Notes under the pieces: model-generated
The model's database searches: none
What the model was told of the DNA's origin: nothing
The model's input: only the letters and a program-made list of their open reading frames with translations
Translations under genes and position numbers: made by a program
Shown here: positions 18,617 to 29,064 of the stretch, piece by piece
Layout: each line of letters begins with the position of its first letter
Numbering within the stretch: position 1 is the stretch's first letter
Origin: Eledone cirrhosa
Taxonomy: Eukaryota
Assembly: GCA_964016885.1 (NCBI GenBank)
Contig: OZ024743.1
Location: 159,030,001 to 159,094,000 of the forward strand
Direction: 5' to 3'
DNA: 64,000 nt

Positions 18617-18663
18617 TGCTTACAGCTGTTTCCTCCAAACCGAGGTTTGGATTCTTCGGAGCA
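18617..18663 (-). ncRNA. Hammerhead ribozyme, 3' copy of the left Naiad unit
   Basis: Reverse complement of 28001-28047. Confidence 0.85.
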
Positions 18664-20106
18664 ATTTATTAATGCATGGACAGTTATATGACCTCCTTTT
18701 CAGCCGAGAGACATACCAATACATATTCAAACATTGATACATATTCAAACATTGTGGGTCAACATTCATTACAAAATTTAGAGTGGCAGTACACACTTCG
18801 AGATTACATTTATATTAATAGGTACAATCAAAAATCAAAGATATAGGTTAAAGTACAACATGAAGATAAGTGGTTATATAGTGCAAATGTTATATGTGTG
18901 GCACGCATGTGCGTCTTGTTTATATAGTGTGGCAGAGAGATATGTGTGGTAGAGGCACTTAGGTAGGTAAATAAGAGTGTTAGGTTGGTAGATCTGGTGG
19001 CAAAGTCTTTATATGATTGATGTAGTCTGTGTGTGGAGAAATATTATAAGCATTAAAGATAGTGCAAGCATTAAAAGTGTTATAAGTATTGGAGATGCAC
19101 AACGCAGGGATGTCAAGTAATTCATGTACTTCGGCATTTTCATGATCAAGGGAGTGTATATTTCGATTATATGCCTTTCACATAATCCACGACAATCCAG
19201 TTAGAGATCGTAGTCTGGTGTTCTTTAGTTCGATACAGGAGGTTGTTACGTTTCGAGAGACGCCATTGAATACCGGAAGTGTGTGTGTGGCTAAGGGGAG
19301 TTAATGCATGCGGGGAGGTAACTCTGGGGTTTCTATATCTAGCCATTAAAATGTGTCCCAATATGGACCCTAAATTCTATGGTGAGGTGCACCCTCCAAG
19401 AGAGACTTTTAAAGCATAAAGTGTACTAACTATAGAGTAGTTTAACTAAATTATGCTGAAGGTGATCATATTATTATTAAGGTGGATTAACCCATCTTAA
19501 GGTGCTACAAATGGAAATTATAGATGATGAGCGAGGATTCTAAATTAATGATCTCTGTGGTTGTAGTCTGCTCATATGACCAGGCGCGGTGATTGCAGGA
19601 TTGCTTCAGGACCCAATGATCTCTGGTAAGATCTGGGTCATCGCTTGCTACATTGGATGTCGAAAGATAATCGTCCCCAGGCAGGCCAAAGGTCAATCCG
19701 CAGTCCTCGCGACCCCTCTCTGACCGTCAGATCATCCATATACGTACAACCCGCACGGCAGTTGCATTGCATTCACTCACTGCGCTCAGCAGCCCGGTCC
19801 TACTGGTCAACAGCGCTACTCGATTAAATCATTTTACATCTGTCTAAGGAAGGTGTTTCCTCTGCCCAACACCATCCAACCGATCAATTCATGCTCAAAT
19901 TACCCTTAGAGCGGTGTAGTGCCGTCCAGGTGGGTGGATGTTGTCACACCTGCCGTAGAGGTATAAATGGGTATTTTCCCTGCGAAGGGTTCCAGATGGA
20001 TGTCGTTGTTTGTGTTATAATGGATCAGCTAGTGTTGGGTATGTAGTATAGGGTGTGTCTCTGGTGTTTGATGCTAGATGTGGTGTTAGGTTCCAGTCCG
20101 ACATTG

Positions 20107-22566
20107 CTATATATAGGGCTTAAAGTTTTGGAAGGAATGTCTGAGGCGGTGTTGGCAAGTTGCAAACACCTCAGATTTTTTGTTAAGTAGGTTACGGTTG
20201 GAGAAGATAATATTGTGTGTCTCTAGTATACAGAGGTTACAGAATTTATTAGGTGGTTTGTACGAGGTCGCGCTGCCTATCACTTCCCATTTGAGTGTGT
20301 ATGGTTTATTTTTAGATTTTAGATAGTGTATGTAGCTAGAAAGTGAGGTGGAGTTGGCTAGGCTGTGCTTTTTGAACGAGTGGATGTGCGAGTTATATCT
20401 AATTTTGAAGCAGTTAGAAGTGGAGCCTACATAGGTTTCTGAAGAGATATTAGTCGTGACTGTGCATGAGTATATGACATCCTTGGTTAGGCATTTTTTA
20501 TCTAAAGGGCAGGTTCTATTAGCTCTACAGTTACAATTATTCTGTGCGTTAGTCCGCTGGTTATAATGCAATGCGGAAGTCTGTGTGGTGGATATAGGAT
20601 TTTGGGTGTTCAGGTTGACAACCCTGGTGTTATTACTTATACTAGTGTTATTTCTATTGTTACTGCCGTTGCTATTGTTGCTTGCTACAGTGGTATTTAG
20701 AGGGTTTGCATCCCGTTGTGATTTTGTTTGTTGGAAGTAAGAACTAATTTTACTATTATTGCTGCTAGCTATGTGGTATGCTAAGTTAGGCGTCGTAGAG
20801 TATGAGATTTTAATGGTGTTTTTGTTTAAGAGGTTGTGGTACTTGTGTCCTAGAGGGAAGTTTTTATCTAGTAGTGAGAAGAAAGCCCTAGGTATGTTGG
20901 TGGAGACATTTAGGTTGAAAGGAGGGTTGAAAAATGTATTATTTCTTCTTCTATTTTTGCTTTTAGTGTTTGGTGTGTTGCTTCCTCCTAAGGCCTCACA
21001 GTAGTTTCCATGGTAATGGTTACTTCTGGTGGCACCCTCCGCTTTGGTGTACTTGTGGTTGCTATTCCTATTATTAGATTTCCTCATGGACATGTTGTGC
21101 GAGATGATGTTGTAGCTATGTGTTTTCTTAGGTAGGAACTCTATTTCTATATTATGGCCGGAGCTAGCTAATGCTTGATTGTAATATTGTGAGTTTTTGC
21201 TAAATATGTTTGCGTCATAGGACAGACTAGAGATTCTATTGGACACCCCCTTAGAGATAGAGTTTAATATTGATCTAGGGTGATTAGACTTGGTATCTAC
21301 GTAAATAAGTTTCTCATTAGGCTTATGGAAAGGTGTATATATTTTTGAGTCTAGGTATAGTGTGGCGTCTAGGAAGTTAACATTTTTAGTGTTTTTGTCC
21401 ATGGTGATACTAAGGTTAAAGTTTTTGAATGTCTTATGCAGTTGTTTTCTAGTTCTTTCTATATTAAATTTTTTATATTCTATGAGTAGAAGTGCATCAT
21501 CGCGGTACAAACCACCGTTGAGGTAAGGGAGGTCTTTATGGATTTCATTGAGGAGGTATAGGCCGACCAAATCAGTGACCTGCGCCGAGTCACTAGATCC
21601 CATGGTTATGTCGAAGTTGTTGTGCGTATCCTTGCGTGTCCATAGTTGGTCCTCGAAGGTGATTATGGTTTTACGGGCCGCAAGGATGACATCAACCTGG
21701 GCTCTAGTCAGGTCGCTATTGGTCATGGCCATGATAAGTGCCTTATTTAATAGGATAGGGGAAATAGAGGTGTAGTATGAATTGATATCAAATTGAATAA
21801 ATTTTTTGTTCTTATTATTCTTGATATCCTTAAACCATTCAATTACTTCACCCGTATTTCCCCATTGTTTAAGGTGTATCTTGTGTTTAATTTGTGGGAT
21901 GATTTTATCCAAAATCTTCTTGCTGATAATACCAATGTCGGACTTGGAAGGGCAGATAAGTCTTATCGTGGGGTTGCTGATGAAGTTCTCCTTATGGTCC
22001 TTCAGAGAGAATCTAGGGGGGTTCGGAGTGAAAGGTTGTGTATGCCTCTGTAGTCCTAGTTTAGACACTATATTATAACCCTCTACATTAATATCTTCTA
22101 AGTTTTTCAAGGTGGTTTTTTTGTAGCTTTTATGTAGTTCATTATATATAAACTTTCTATAAGTAATATAATCTAGGCTGTATATGTTATTAGTTTTATC
22201 TGCGTGTACAATAATTTTATTACTAGTTTTGAATCCACTAATAGAAGTGTTAAGTTTGTTTAAGAAGGTGTTGCTTCTAATATGGTGCTTATTGTATTTA
22301 ATGTTCTTAACTAGTTTAACTAGGTCATTTTCAAAGGAGTTAAGTAGAGTGTTATGAGGGGGGCTTTTAAAAGTTTTAAAGCCGAAGGAGTCAAAATTGT
22401 TAGTATTATTCAAGTTGTTAGATTTGTTTCTATCATAATGGAATGTCCTCCATCTCACTCTATTGATAAATGAATTTACACTGTTGATCAGCAATTTCTC
22501 ATATGTATTCCTGGATGGTATTGGTATGTTCTTGGTTGACATGGGGAGTTGGTCTTTGATTAGCAT
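20107..22566 (-). CDS. Naiad-type PLE RT + GIY-YIG endonuclease, 819 aa, intact
   Basis: KNIPIPS..RVRWR, ADKT, KDHKENF, RLICPSKS.IG.ISK, QFDI..YYTSI, FDITMGS.D.A...DLVGLYLL, GLYRDD, VNFLD, FNPPF, CNC..CPL...C, VIY..YVGST, CNLC..E, LNKKSE, CQHR. Confidence 0.95.
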   Translation of the reverse strand: MLIKDQLPMSTKNIPIPSRNTYEKLLINSVNSFINRVRWRTFHYDRNKSNNLNNTNNFDSFGFKTFKSPPHNTLLNSFENDLVKLVKNIKYNKHHIRSNTFLNKLNTSISGFKTSNKIIVHADKTNNIYSLDYITYRKFIYNELHKSYKKTTLKNLEDINVEGYNIVSKLGLQRHTQPFTPNPPRFSLKDHKENFISNPTIRLICPSKSDIGIISKKILDKIIPQIKHKIHLKQWGNTGEVIEWFKDIKNNKNKKFIQFDINSYYTSISPILLNKALIMAMTNSDLTRAQVDVILAARKTIITFEDQLWTRKDTHNNFDITMGSSDSAQVTDLVGLYLLNEIHKDLPYLNGGLYRDDALLLIEYKKFNIERTRKQLHKTFKNFNLSITMDKNTKNVNFLDATLYLDSKIYTPFHKPNEKLIYVDTKSNHPRSILNSISKGVSNRISSLSYDANIFSKNSQYYNQALASSGHNIEIEFLPKKTHSYNIISHNMSMRKSNNRNSNHKYTKAEGATRSNHYHGNYCEALGGSNTPNTKSKNRRRNNTFFNPPFNLNVSTNIPRAFFSLLDKNFPLGHKYHNLLNKNTIKISYSTTPNLAYHIASSNNSKISSYFQQTKSQRDANPLNTTVASNNSNGSNNRNNTSISNNTRVVNLNTQNPISTTQTSALHYNQRTNAQNNCNCRANRTCPLDKKCLTKDVIYSCTVTTNISSETYVGSTSNCFKIRYNSHIHSFKKHSLANSTSLSSYIHYLKSKNKPYTLKWEVIGSATSYKPPNKFCNLCILETHNIIFSNRNLLNKKSEVFATCQHRLRHSFQNFKPYI

Positions 22567-22772
22567 ATTGGCAATATTATATGTCAGCTCAACGATATGG
22601 AGCAGTTAATAGTATTAGTTATACTATTTATGGTTATGTAAACACAAAACCTTAAGCAGTTGTAAGTATTTTACACACACCCTAAATAGTGGTAGGCAGT
22701 AATGTATTACTACCTTATTACCAGTAAGTTAAGTAGCTCAATGTAAAAACATCAGCTGATTTACAGAGCAGT

Positions 22773-23912
22773 TATATGAAATATAAGAATCAAAGAACTG
22801 TTCAAAACATTATTGTGCTTACAGCTGTTTCCTCCAAACCGAGGTTTGGATTCTTCGGAGCAATTTATTAATGCATGGACAGTTATATGACCTCCTTTTC
22901 AGCCGAGAGACATACCAATACATATTCAAACATTGATACATATTCAAACATTGTGGGTCAACATTCATTACAAAATTTAGAGTGGCAGTACACACTTCGA
23001 GATTACATTTATATTAATAGGTACAATCAAAAATCAAAGATATAGGTTAAAGTACAACATGAAGATAAGTGGTTATATAGTGCAAATGTTATATGTGTGG
23101 CACGCATGTGCGTCTTGTTTATATAGTGTGGCAGAGAGATATGTGTGGTAGAGGCACTTAGGTAGGTAAATAAGAGTGTTAGGTTGGTAGATCTGGTGGC
23201 AAAGTCTTTATATGATTGATGTAGTCTGTGTGTGGAGAAATATTATAAGCATTAAAGATAGTGCAAGCATTAAAAGTGTTATAAGTATTGGAGATGCACA
23301 ACGCAGGGATGTCAAGTAATTCATGTACTTCGGCATTTTCATGATCAAGGGAGTGTATATTTCGATTATATGCCTTTCACATAATCCACGACAATCCAGT
23401 TAGAGATCGTAGTCTGGTGTTCTTTAGTTCGATACAGGAGGTTGTTACGTTTCGAGAGACGCCATTGAATACCGGAAGTGTGTGTGTGGCTAAGGGGAGT
23501 TAATGCATGCGGGGAGGTAACTCTGGGGTTTCTATATCTAGCCATTAAAATGTGTCCCAATATGGACCCTAAATTCTATGGTGAGGTGCACCCTCCAAGA
23601 GAGACTTTTAAAGCATAAAGTGTACTAACTATAGAGTAGTTTAACTAAATTATGCTGAAGGTGATCATATTATTATTAAGGTGGATTAACCCATCTTAAG
23701 GTGCTACAAATGGAAATTATAGATGATGAGCGAGGATTCTAAATTAATGATCTCTGTGGTTGTAGTCTGCTCATATGACCAGGCGCGGTGATTGCAGGAT
23801 TGCTTCAGGACCCAATGATCTCTGGTAAGATCTGGGTCATCGCTTGCTACATTGGATGTCGAAAGATAATCGTCCCCAGGCAGGCCAAAGGTCAATCCGC
23901 AGTCCTCGCGAC
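22773..23912 (-). repeat. Pseudo-LTR: direct copy of 18574-19713 upstream of the left ORF
   Basis: Offset of exactly 4199 (e.g. ORFs at 19167/23366 and 19505/23704). Confidence 0.92.
22816..22862 (-). ncRNA. Hammerhead ribozyme in the upstream pseudo-LTR, ~250 nt before the ATG
   Basis: Reverse complement of 28001-28047. Confidence 0.85.
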
Positions 23913-24009
23913 ATACCTAGGGCTTTCTTCTCACTACTAGATAAAAACTTCCCTCTAGGACACAAGTACCACAACCTCTTAAACAAAAACACCATTAAAA
24001 TCTCATACT
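23911..24009 (+). other. 99-bp patch copied from inside the ORF (25767-25865) at the inversion junction
   Basis: ACATACCTAGGGCTTTC...AAATCTCATACT is identical in both places. 2-nt microhomologies (AC, CT) at the joins. Confidence 0.9.
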
Positions 24010-24097
24010 TAAGGTTTTGTGTTTACATAACCATAAATAGTATAACTAATACTATTAACTGCTCCATATCGTTGAGCTGACATATAATATTGCCAAT

Positions 24098-26557
24098 ATG
24101 CTAATCAAAGACCAACTCCCCATGTCAACCAAGAACATACCAATACCATCCAGGAATACATATGAGAAATTGCTGATCAACAGTGTAAATTCATTTATCA
24201 ATAGAGTGAGATGGAGGACATTCCATTATGATAGAAACAAATCTAACAACTTGAATAATACTAACAATTTTGACTCCTTCGGCTTTAAAACCTTTAAAAG
24301 CCCCCCTCATAACACTCTACTTAACTCCTTTGAAAATGACCTAGTTAAACTAGTTAAGAACATTAAATACAATAAGCACCATATTAGAAGCAACACCTTC
24401 TTAAACAAACTTAACACTTCTATTAGTGGATTCAAAACTAGTAATAAAATTATTGTACACGCAGATAAAACTAATAACATATACAGCCTAGATTATATTA
24501 CTTATAGAAAGTTTATATATAATGAACTACATAAAAGCTACAAAAAAACCACCTTGAAAAACTTAGAAGATATTAATGTAGAGGGTTATAATATAGTGTC
24601 TAAACTAGGACTACAGAGGCATACACAACCTTTCACTCCGAACCCCCCTAGATTCTCTCTGAAGGACCATAAGGAGAACTTCATCAGCAACCCCACGATA
24701 AGACTTATCTGCCCTTCCAAGTCCGACATTGGTATTATCAGCAAGAAGATTTTGGATAAAATCATCCCACAAATTAAACACAAGATACACCTTAAACAAT
24801 GGGGAAATACGGGTGAAGTAATTGAATGGTTTAAGGATATCAAGAATAATAAGAACAAAAAATTTATTCAATTTGATATCAATTCATACTACACCTCTAT
24901 TTCCCCTATCCTATTAAATAAGGCACTTATCATGGCCATGACCAATAGCGACCTGACTAGAGCCCAGGTTGATGTCATCCTTGCGGCCCGTAAAACCATA
25001 ATCACCTTCGAGGACCAACTATGGACACGCAAGGATACGCACAACAACTTCGACATAACCATGGGATCTAGTGACTCGGCGCAGGTCACTGATTTGGTCG
25101 GCCTATACCTCCTCAATGAAATCCATAAAGACCTCCCTTACCTCAACGGTGGTTTGTACCGCGATGATGCACTTCTACTCATAGAATATAAAAAATTTAA
25201 TATAGAAAGAACTAGAAAACAACTGCATAAGACATTCAAAAACTTTAACCTTAGTATCACCATGGACAAAAACACTAAAAATGTTAACTTCCTAGACGCC
25301 ACACTATACCTAGACTCAAAAATATATACACCTTTCCATAAGCCTAATGAGAAACTTATTTACGTAGATACCAAGTCTAATCACCCTAGATCAATATTAA
25401 ACTCTATCTCTAAGGGGGTGTCCAATAGAATCTCTAGTCTGTCCTATGACGCAAACATATTTAGCAAAAACTCACAATATTACAATCAAGCATTAGCTAG
25501 CTCCGGCCATAATATAGAAATAGAGTTCCTACCTAAGAAAACACATAGCTACAACATCATCTCGCACAACATGTCCATGAGGAAATCTAATAATAGGAAT
25601 AGCAACCACAAGTACACCAAAGCGGAGGGTGCCACCAGAAGTAACCATTACCATGGAAACTACTGTGAGGCCTTAGGAGGAAGCAACACACCAAACACTA
25701 AAAGCAAAAATAGAAGAAGAAATAATACATTTTTCAACCCTCCTTTCAACCTAAATGTCTCCACCAACATACCTAGGGCTTTCTTCTCACTACTAGATAA
25801 AAACTTCCCTCTAGGACACAAGTACCACAACCTCTTAAACAAAAACACCATTAAAATCTCATACTCTACGACGCCTAACTTAGCATACCACATAGCTAGC
25901 AGCAATAATAGTAAAATTAGTTCTTACTTCCAACAAACAAAATCACAACGGGATGCAAACCCTCTAAATACCACTGTAGCAAGCAACAATAGCAACGGCA
26001 GTAACAATAGAAATAACACTAGTATAAGTAATAACACCAGGGTTGTCAACCTGAACACCCAAAATCCTATATCCACCACACAGACTTCCGCATTGCATTA
26101 TAACCAGCGGACTAACGCACAGAATAATTGTAACTGTAGAGCTAATAGAACCTGCCCTTTAGATAAAAAATGCCTAACCAAGGATGTCATATACTCATGC
26201 ACAGTCACGACTAATATCTCTTCAGAAACCTATGTAGGCTCCACTTCTAACTGCTTCAAAATTAGATATAACTCGCACATCCACTCGTTCAAAAAGCACA
26301 GCCTAGCCAACTCCACCTCACTTTCTAGCTACATACACTATCTAAAATCTAAAAATAAACCATACACACTCAAATGGGAAGTGATAGGCAGCGCGACCTC
26401 GTACAAACCACCTAATAAATTCTGTAACCTCTGTATACTAGAGACACACAATATTATCTTCTCCAACCGTAACCTACTTAACAAAAAATCTGAGGTGTTT
26501 GCAACTTGCCAACACCGCCTCAGACATTCCTTCCAAAACTTTAAGCCCTATATATAG
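24098..26557 (+). CDS. Naiad-type PLE RT + GIY-YIG endonuclease, 819 aa, same protein as 20107-22566
   Basis: Identical translation in the ORF track; same motifs. Confidence 0.95.
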   Translation: MLIKDQLPMSTKNIPIPSRNTYEKLLINSVNSFINRVRWRTFHYDRNKSNNLNNTNNFDSFGFKTFKSPPHNTLLNSFENDLVKLVKNIKYNKHHIRSNTFLNKLNTSISGFKTSNKIIVHADKTNNIYSLDYITYRKFIYNELHKSYKKTTLKNLEDINVEGYNIVSKLGLQRHTQPFTPNPPRFSLKDHKENFISNPTIRLICPSKSDIGIISKKILDKIIPQIKHKIHLKQWGNTGEVIEWFKDIKNNKNKKFIQFDINSYYTSISPILLNKALIMAMTNSDLTRAQVDVILAARKTIITFEDQLWTRKDTHNNFDITMGSSDSAQVTDLVGLYLLNEIHKDLPYLNGGLYRDDALLLIEYKKFNIERTRKQLHKTFKNFNLSITMDKNTKNVNFLDATLYLDSKIYTPFHKPNEKLIYVDTKSNHPRSILNSISKGVSNRISSLSYDANIFSKNSQYYNQALASSGHNIEIEFLPKKTHSYNIISHNMSMRKSNNRNSNHKYTKAEGATRSNHYHGNYCEALGGSNTPNTKSKNRRRNNTFFNPPFNLNVSTNIPRAFFSLLDKNFPLGHKYHNLLNKNTIKISYSTTPNLAYHIASSNNSKISSYFQQTKSQRDANPLNTTVASNNSNGSNNRNNTSISNNTRVVNLNTQNPISTTQTSALHYNQRTNAQNNCNCRANRTCPLDKKCLTKDVIYSCTVTTNISSETYVGSTSNCFKIRYNSHIHSFKKHSLANSTSLSSYIHYLKSKNKPYTLKWEVIGSATSYKPPNKFCNLCILETHNIIFSNRNLLNKKSEVFATCQHRLRHSFQNFKPYI

Positions 26558-26659
26558 CAATGTCGGACTGGAACCTAACACCACATCTAGCATCAAACAC
26601 CAGAGACACACCCTATACTACATACCCAACACTAGCTGATCCATTATAACACAAACAAC

Positions 26660-27095
26660 GACATCCATCTGGAACCCTTCGCAGGGAAAATACCCATTTA
26701 TACCTCTACGGCAGGTGTGACAACATCCACCCACCTGGACGGCACTACACCGCTCTAAGGGTAATTTGAGCATGAATTGATCGGTTGGATGGTGTTGGGC
26801 AGAGGAAACACCTTCCTTAGACAGATGTAAAATGATTTAATCGAGTAGCGCTGTTGACCAGTAGGACCGGGCTGCTGAGCGCAGTGAGTGAATGCAATGC
26901 AACTGCCGTGCGGGTTGTACGTATATGGATGATCTGACGGTCAGAGAGGGGTCGCGAGGACTGCGGATTGACCTTTGGCCTGCCTGGGGACGATTATCTT
27001 TCGACATCCAATGTAGCAAGCGATGACCCAGATCTTACCAGAGATCATTGGGTCCTGAAGCAATCCTGCAATCACCGCGCCTGGTCATATGAGCA
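26660..27095 (+). ncRNA. Putative structured RNA domain in the Naiad 3' UTR (mirror at 19569-20004, minus strand)
   Basis: GC-rich island with nested helices: TGACCAG/CTGGTCA, CGCG..TGCGGATTG/CAATCCTGCA..CGCG, GACCCA-GATCT/AGATC-TGGGTC, CAGGTG/CACCTG, GGTGTT/AACACC, TCTGA/TCAGA. Confidence 0.5.
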
Positions 27096-28000
27096 GACTA
27101 CAACCACAGAGATCATTAATTTAGAATCCTCGCTCATCATCTATAATTTCCATTTGTAGCACCTTAAGATGGGTTAATCCACCTTAATAATAATATGATC
27201 ACCTTCAGCATAATTTAGTTAAACTACTCTATAGTTAGTACACTTTATGCTTTAAAAGTCTCTCTTGGAGGGTGCACCTCACCATAGAATTTAGGGTCCA
27301 TATTGGGACACATTTTAATGGCTAGATATAGAAACCCCAGAGTTACCTCCCCGCATGCATTAACTCCCCTTAGCCACACACACACTTCCGGTATTCAATG
27401 GCGTCTCTCGAAACGTAACAACCTCCTGTATCGAATTAAAGAACACCAGACTACGATCTCTAACTGGATTGTCGTGGATTATGTGAAAGGCATATAATCG
27501 AAATATACACTCCCTTGATCATGAAAATGCCGAAGTACATGAATTACTTGACATCCCTGCGTTGTGCATCTCCAATACTTATAACACTTTTAATGCTTGC
27601 ACTATCTTTAATGCTTATAATATTTCTCCACACACAGACTACATCAATCATATAAAGACTTTGCCACCAGATCTACCAACCTAACACTCTTATTTACCTA
27701 CCTAAGTGCCTCTACCACACATATCTCTCTGCCACACTATATAAACAAGACGCACATGCGTGCCACACATATAACATTTGCACTATATAACCACTTATCT
27801 TCATGTTGTACTTTAACCTATATCTTTGATTTTTGATTGTACCTATTAATATAAATGTAATCTCGAAGTGTGTACTGCCACTCTAAATTTTGTAATGAAT
27901 GTTGACCCACAATGTTTGAATATGTATCAATGTTTGAATATGTATTGGTATGTCTCTCGGCTGAAAAGGAGGTCATATAACTGTCCATGCATTAATAAAT

Positions 28001-28047
28001 TGCTCCGAAGAATCCAAACCTCGGTTTGGAGGAAACAGCTGTAAGCA
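28001..28047 (+). ncRNA. Minimal type I hammerhead ribozyme (CCGAAGA variant), predicted cleavage after GUA at 28043
   Basis: TGCT-CCGAAGA-a-TCCAAACC-tc-GGTTTGGA-g-GAA-ACAGCTGT-A-AGCA; palindromic stem III as in PLE dimeric hammerheads. Confidence 0.85.
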
Positions 28048-28284
28048 CAATAATGTTTTGAACAGTTCTTTGATTCTTATATTTCATATAACTGCTCTGT
28101 AAATCAGCTGATGTTTTTACATTGAGCTACTTAACTTACTGGTAATAAGGTAGTAATACATTACTGCCTACCACTATTTAGGGTGTGTGTAAAATACTTA
28201 CAACTGCTTAAGGTTTTGTGTTTACATAACCATAAATAGTATAACTAATACTATATATATATATATATATATATATAAGATATA

Positions 28285-28803
28285 CCGGGTTGAATCGGGG
28301 GTAGCCACAGTAAGTAGGGTACTCAATACATAGCAGATTATACATGTTTTGATATAGAAAAGCTTCTATAGGACTAGAAGTGTTTCATTCATGAGAAATC
28401 ATCAGGAAGCTGGCTGTCCAAGTAAATGTGGTGGTATTTATATCTTTTCTGGTGGTTGGAGAGAGTGGGGATTGGGATGGGTGGAGGTCATTGGTTGATG
28501 GATTTAAAAAAAGGGAGTTCATTAAAAGCTAATTCTTTAAAGCTATAATATTATTAACAAATTTGAATTTGTTTACAGTATTCTTTCTGCCATTGTAATA
28601 TTATAGCTTTAAAGAATTAGCTTTTAATGAACTCCCTTTTCTTTAAATCCACCAACCAATGACCTCCACCCATCCCAACCCCCACCCTCTCCTACCACCA
28701 GGAAAGAAAATATATAAATACCGCCACATTTACTTGGACAGCCAGCTTCCTGATGATTTCTCATGAATGAAACAGTTCTAGTCCTGTAGAAGCTTTTCTA
28801 TAT
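28285..28803. mobile_element. Fold-back PLE tail, family C, ~205-bp arms (28352-28556 / 28597-28803)
   Basis: Reverse-complement arms, each with a hammerhead. The tail ATTGAGTACC..GGTTACCC..TTGAACC is shared with 13459-13500 and 58933-58978. Confidence 0.8.
28744..28794 (+). ncRNA. Type I hammerhead ribozyme (mutated mirror copy at 28361-28411, minus strand)
   Basis: AGCTTC-CTGATGA-tTTCtcatGAAt-GAA-ACAG-ttctagtc-CTGT-A-GAAGCT. Confidence 0.85.
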
Positions 28804-28805
28804 TA

Positions 28806-28851
<46 letters not shown>

Positions 28852-28856
<5 letters not shown>

Positions 28857-29017
28857 AACGAGTAGGACCCCGACGGCTGAGGTCAAGCCGTTTCGAAACG
28901 GCTTGAGCTCAGCCCTCGGGGTCCTACTCGTTCCTATTACCCACTCTACTACCCTAAGTATTGAGTACTTTGGTGCGTTATGGTCCATCTGGTTCCTTAC
29001 CATATTTCCTTCGTTAT
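28852..29017 (+). mobile_element. Fold-back PLE tail, family B
   Basis: Palindrome centred on GTTTCGAAAC (28890-28899); same tail as 1123-1356. Confidence 0.75.
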
Positions 29018-29064
29018 ATATATATATATATATATATATGTATTTATTAAAATATATATATATA

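Noticed and set aside
19425-19515. TAACTAT...CTTAAGGTGCTACAAATG resembling the 28S rDNA R2/homing-endonuclease site
   Set aside because: Short and gapped match with no other rRNA similarity; treated as chance.
24098-26557. Selenoprotein Naiad
   Set aside because: No in-frame TGA, the ORF ends in TAG, and there is no canonical SECIS.
26837-27497. Small 60-64 aa ORFs in the Naiad UTR and antisense ORFs inside the RT
   Set aside because: Short, mostly non-ATG starts, no motifs; they recur only because the DNA is duplicated.
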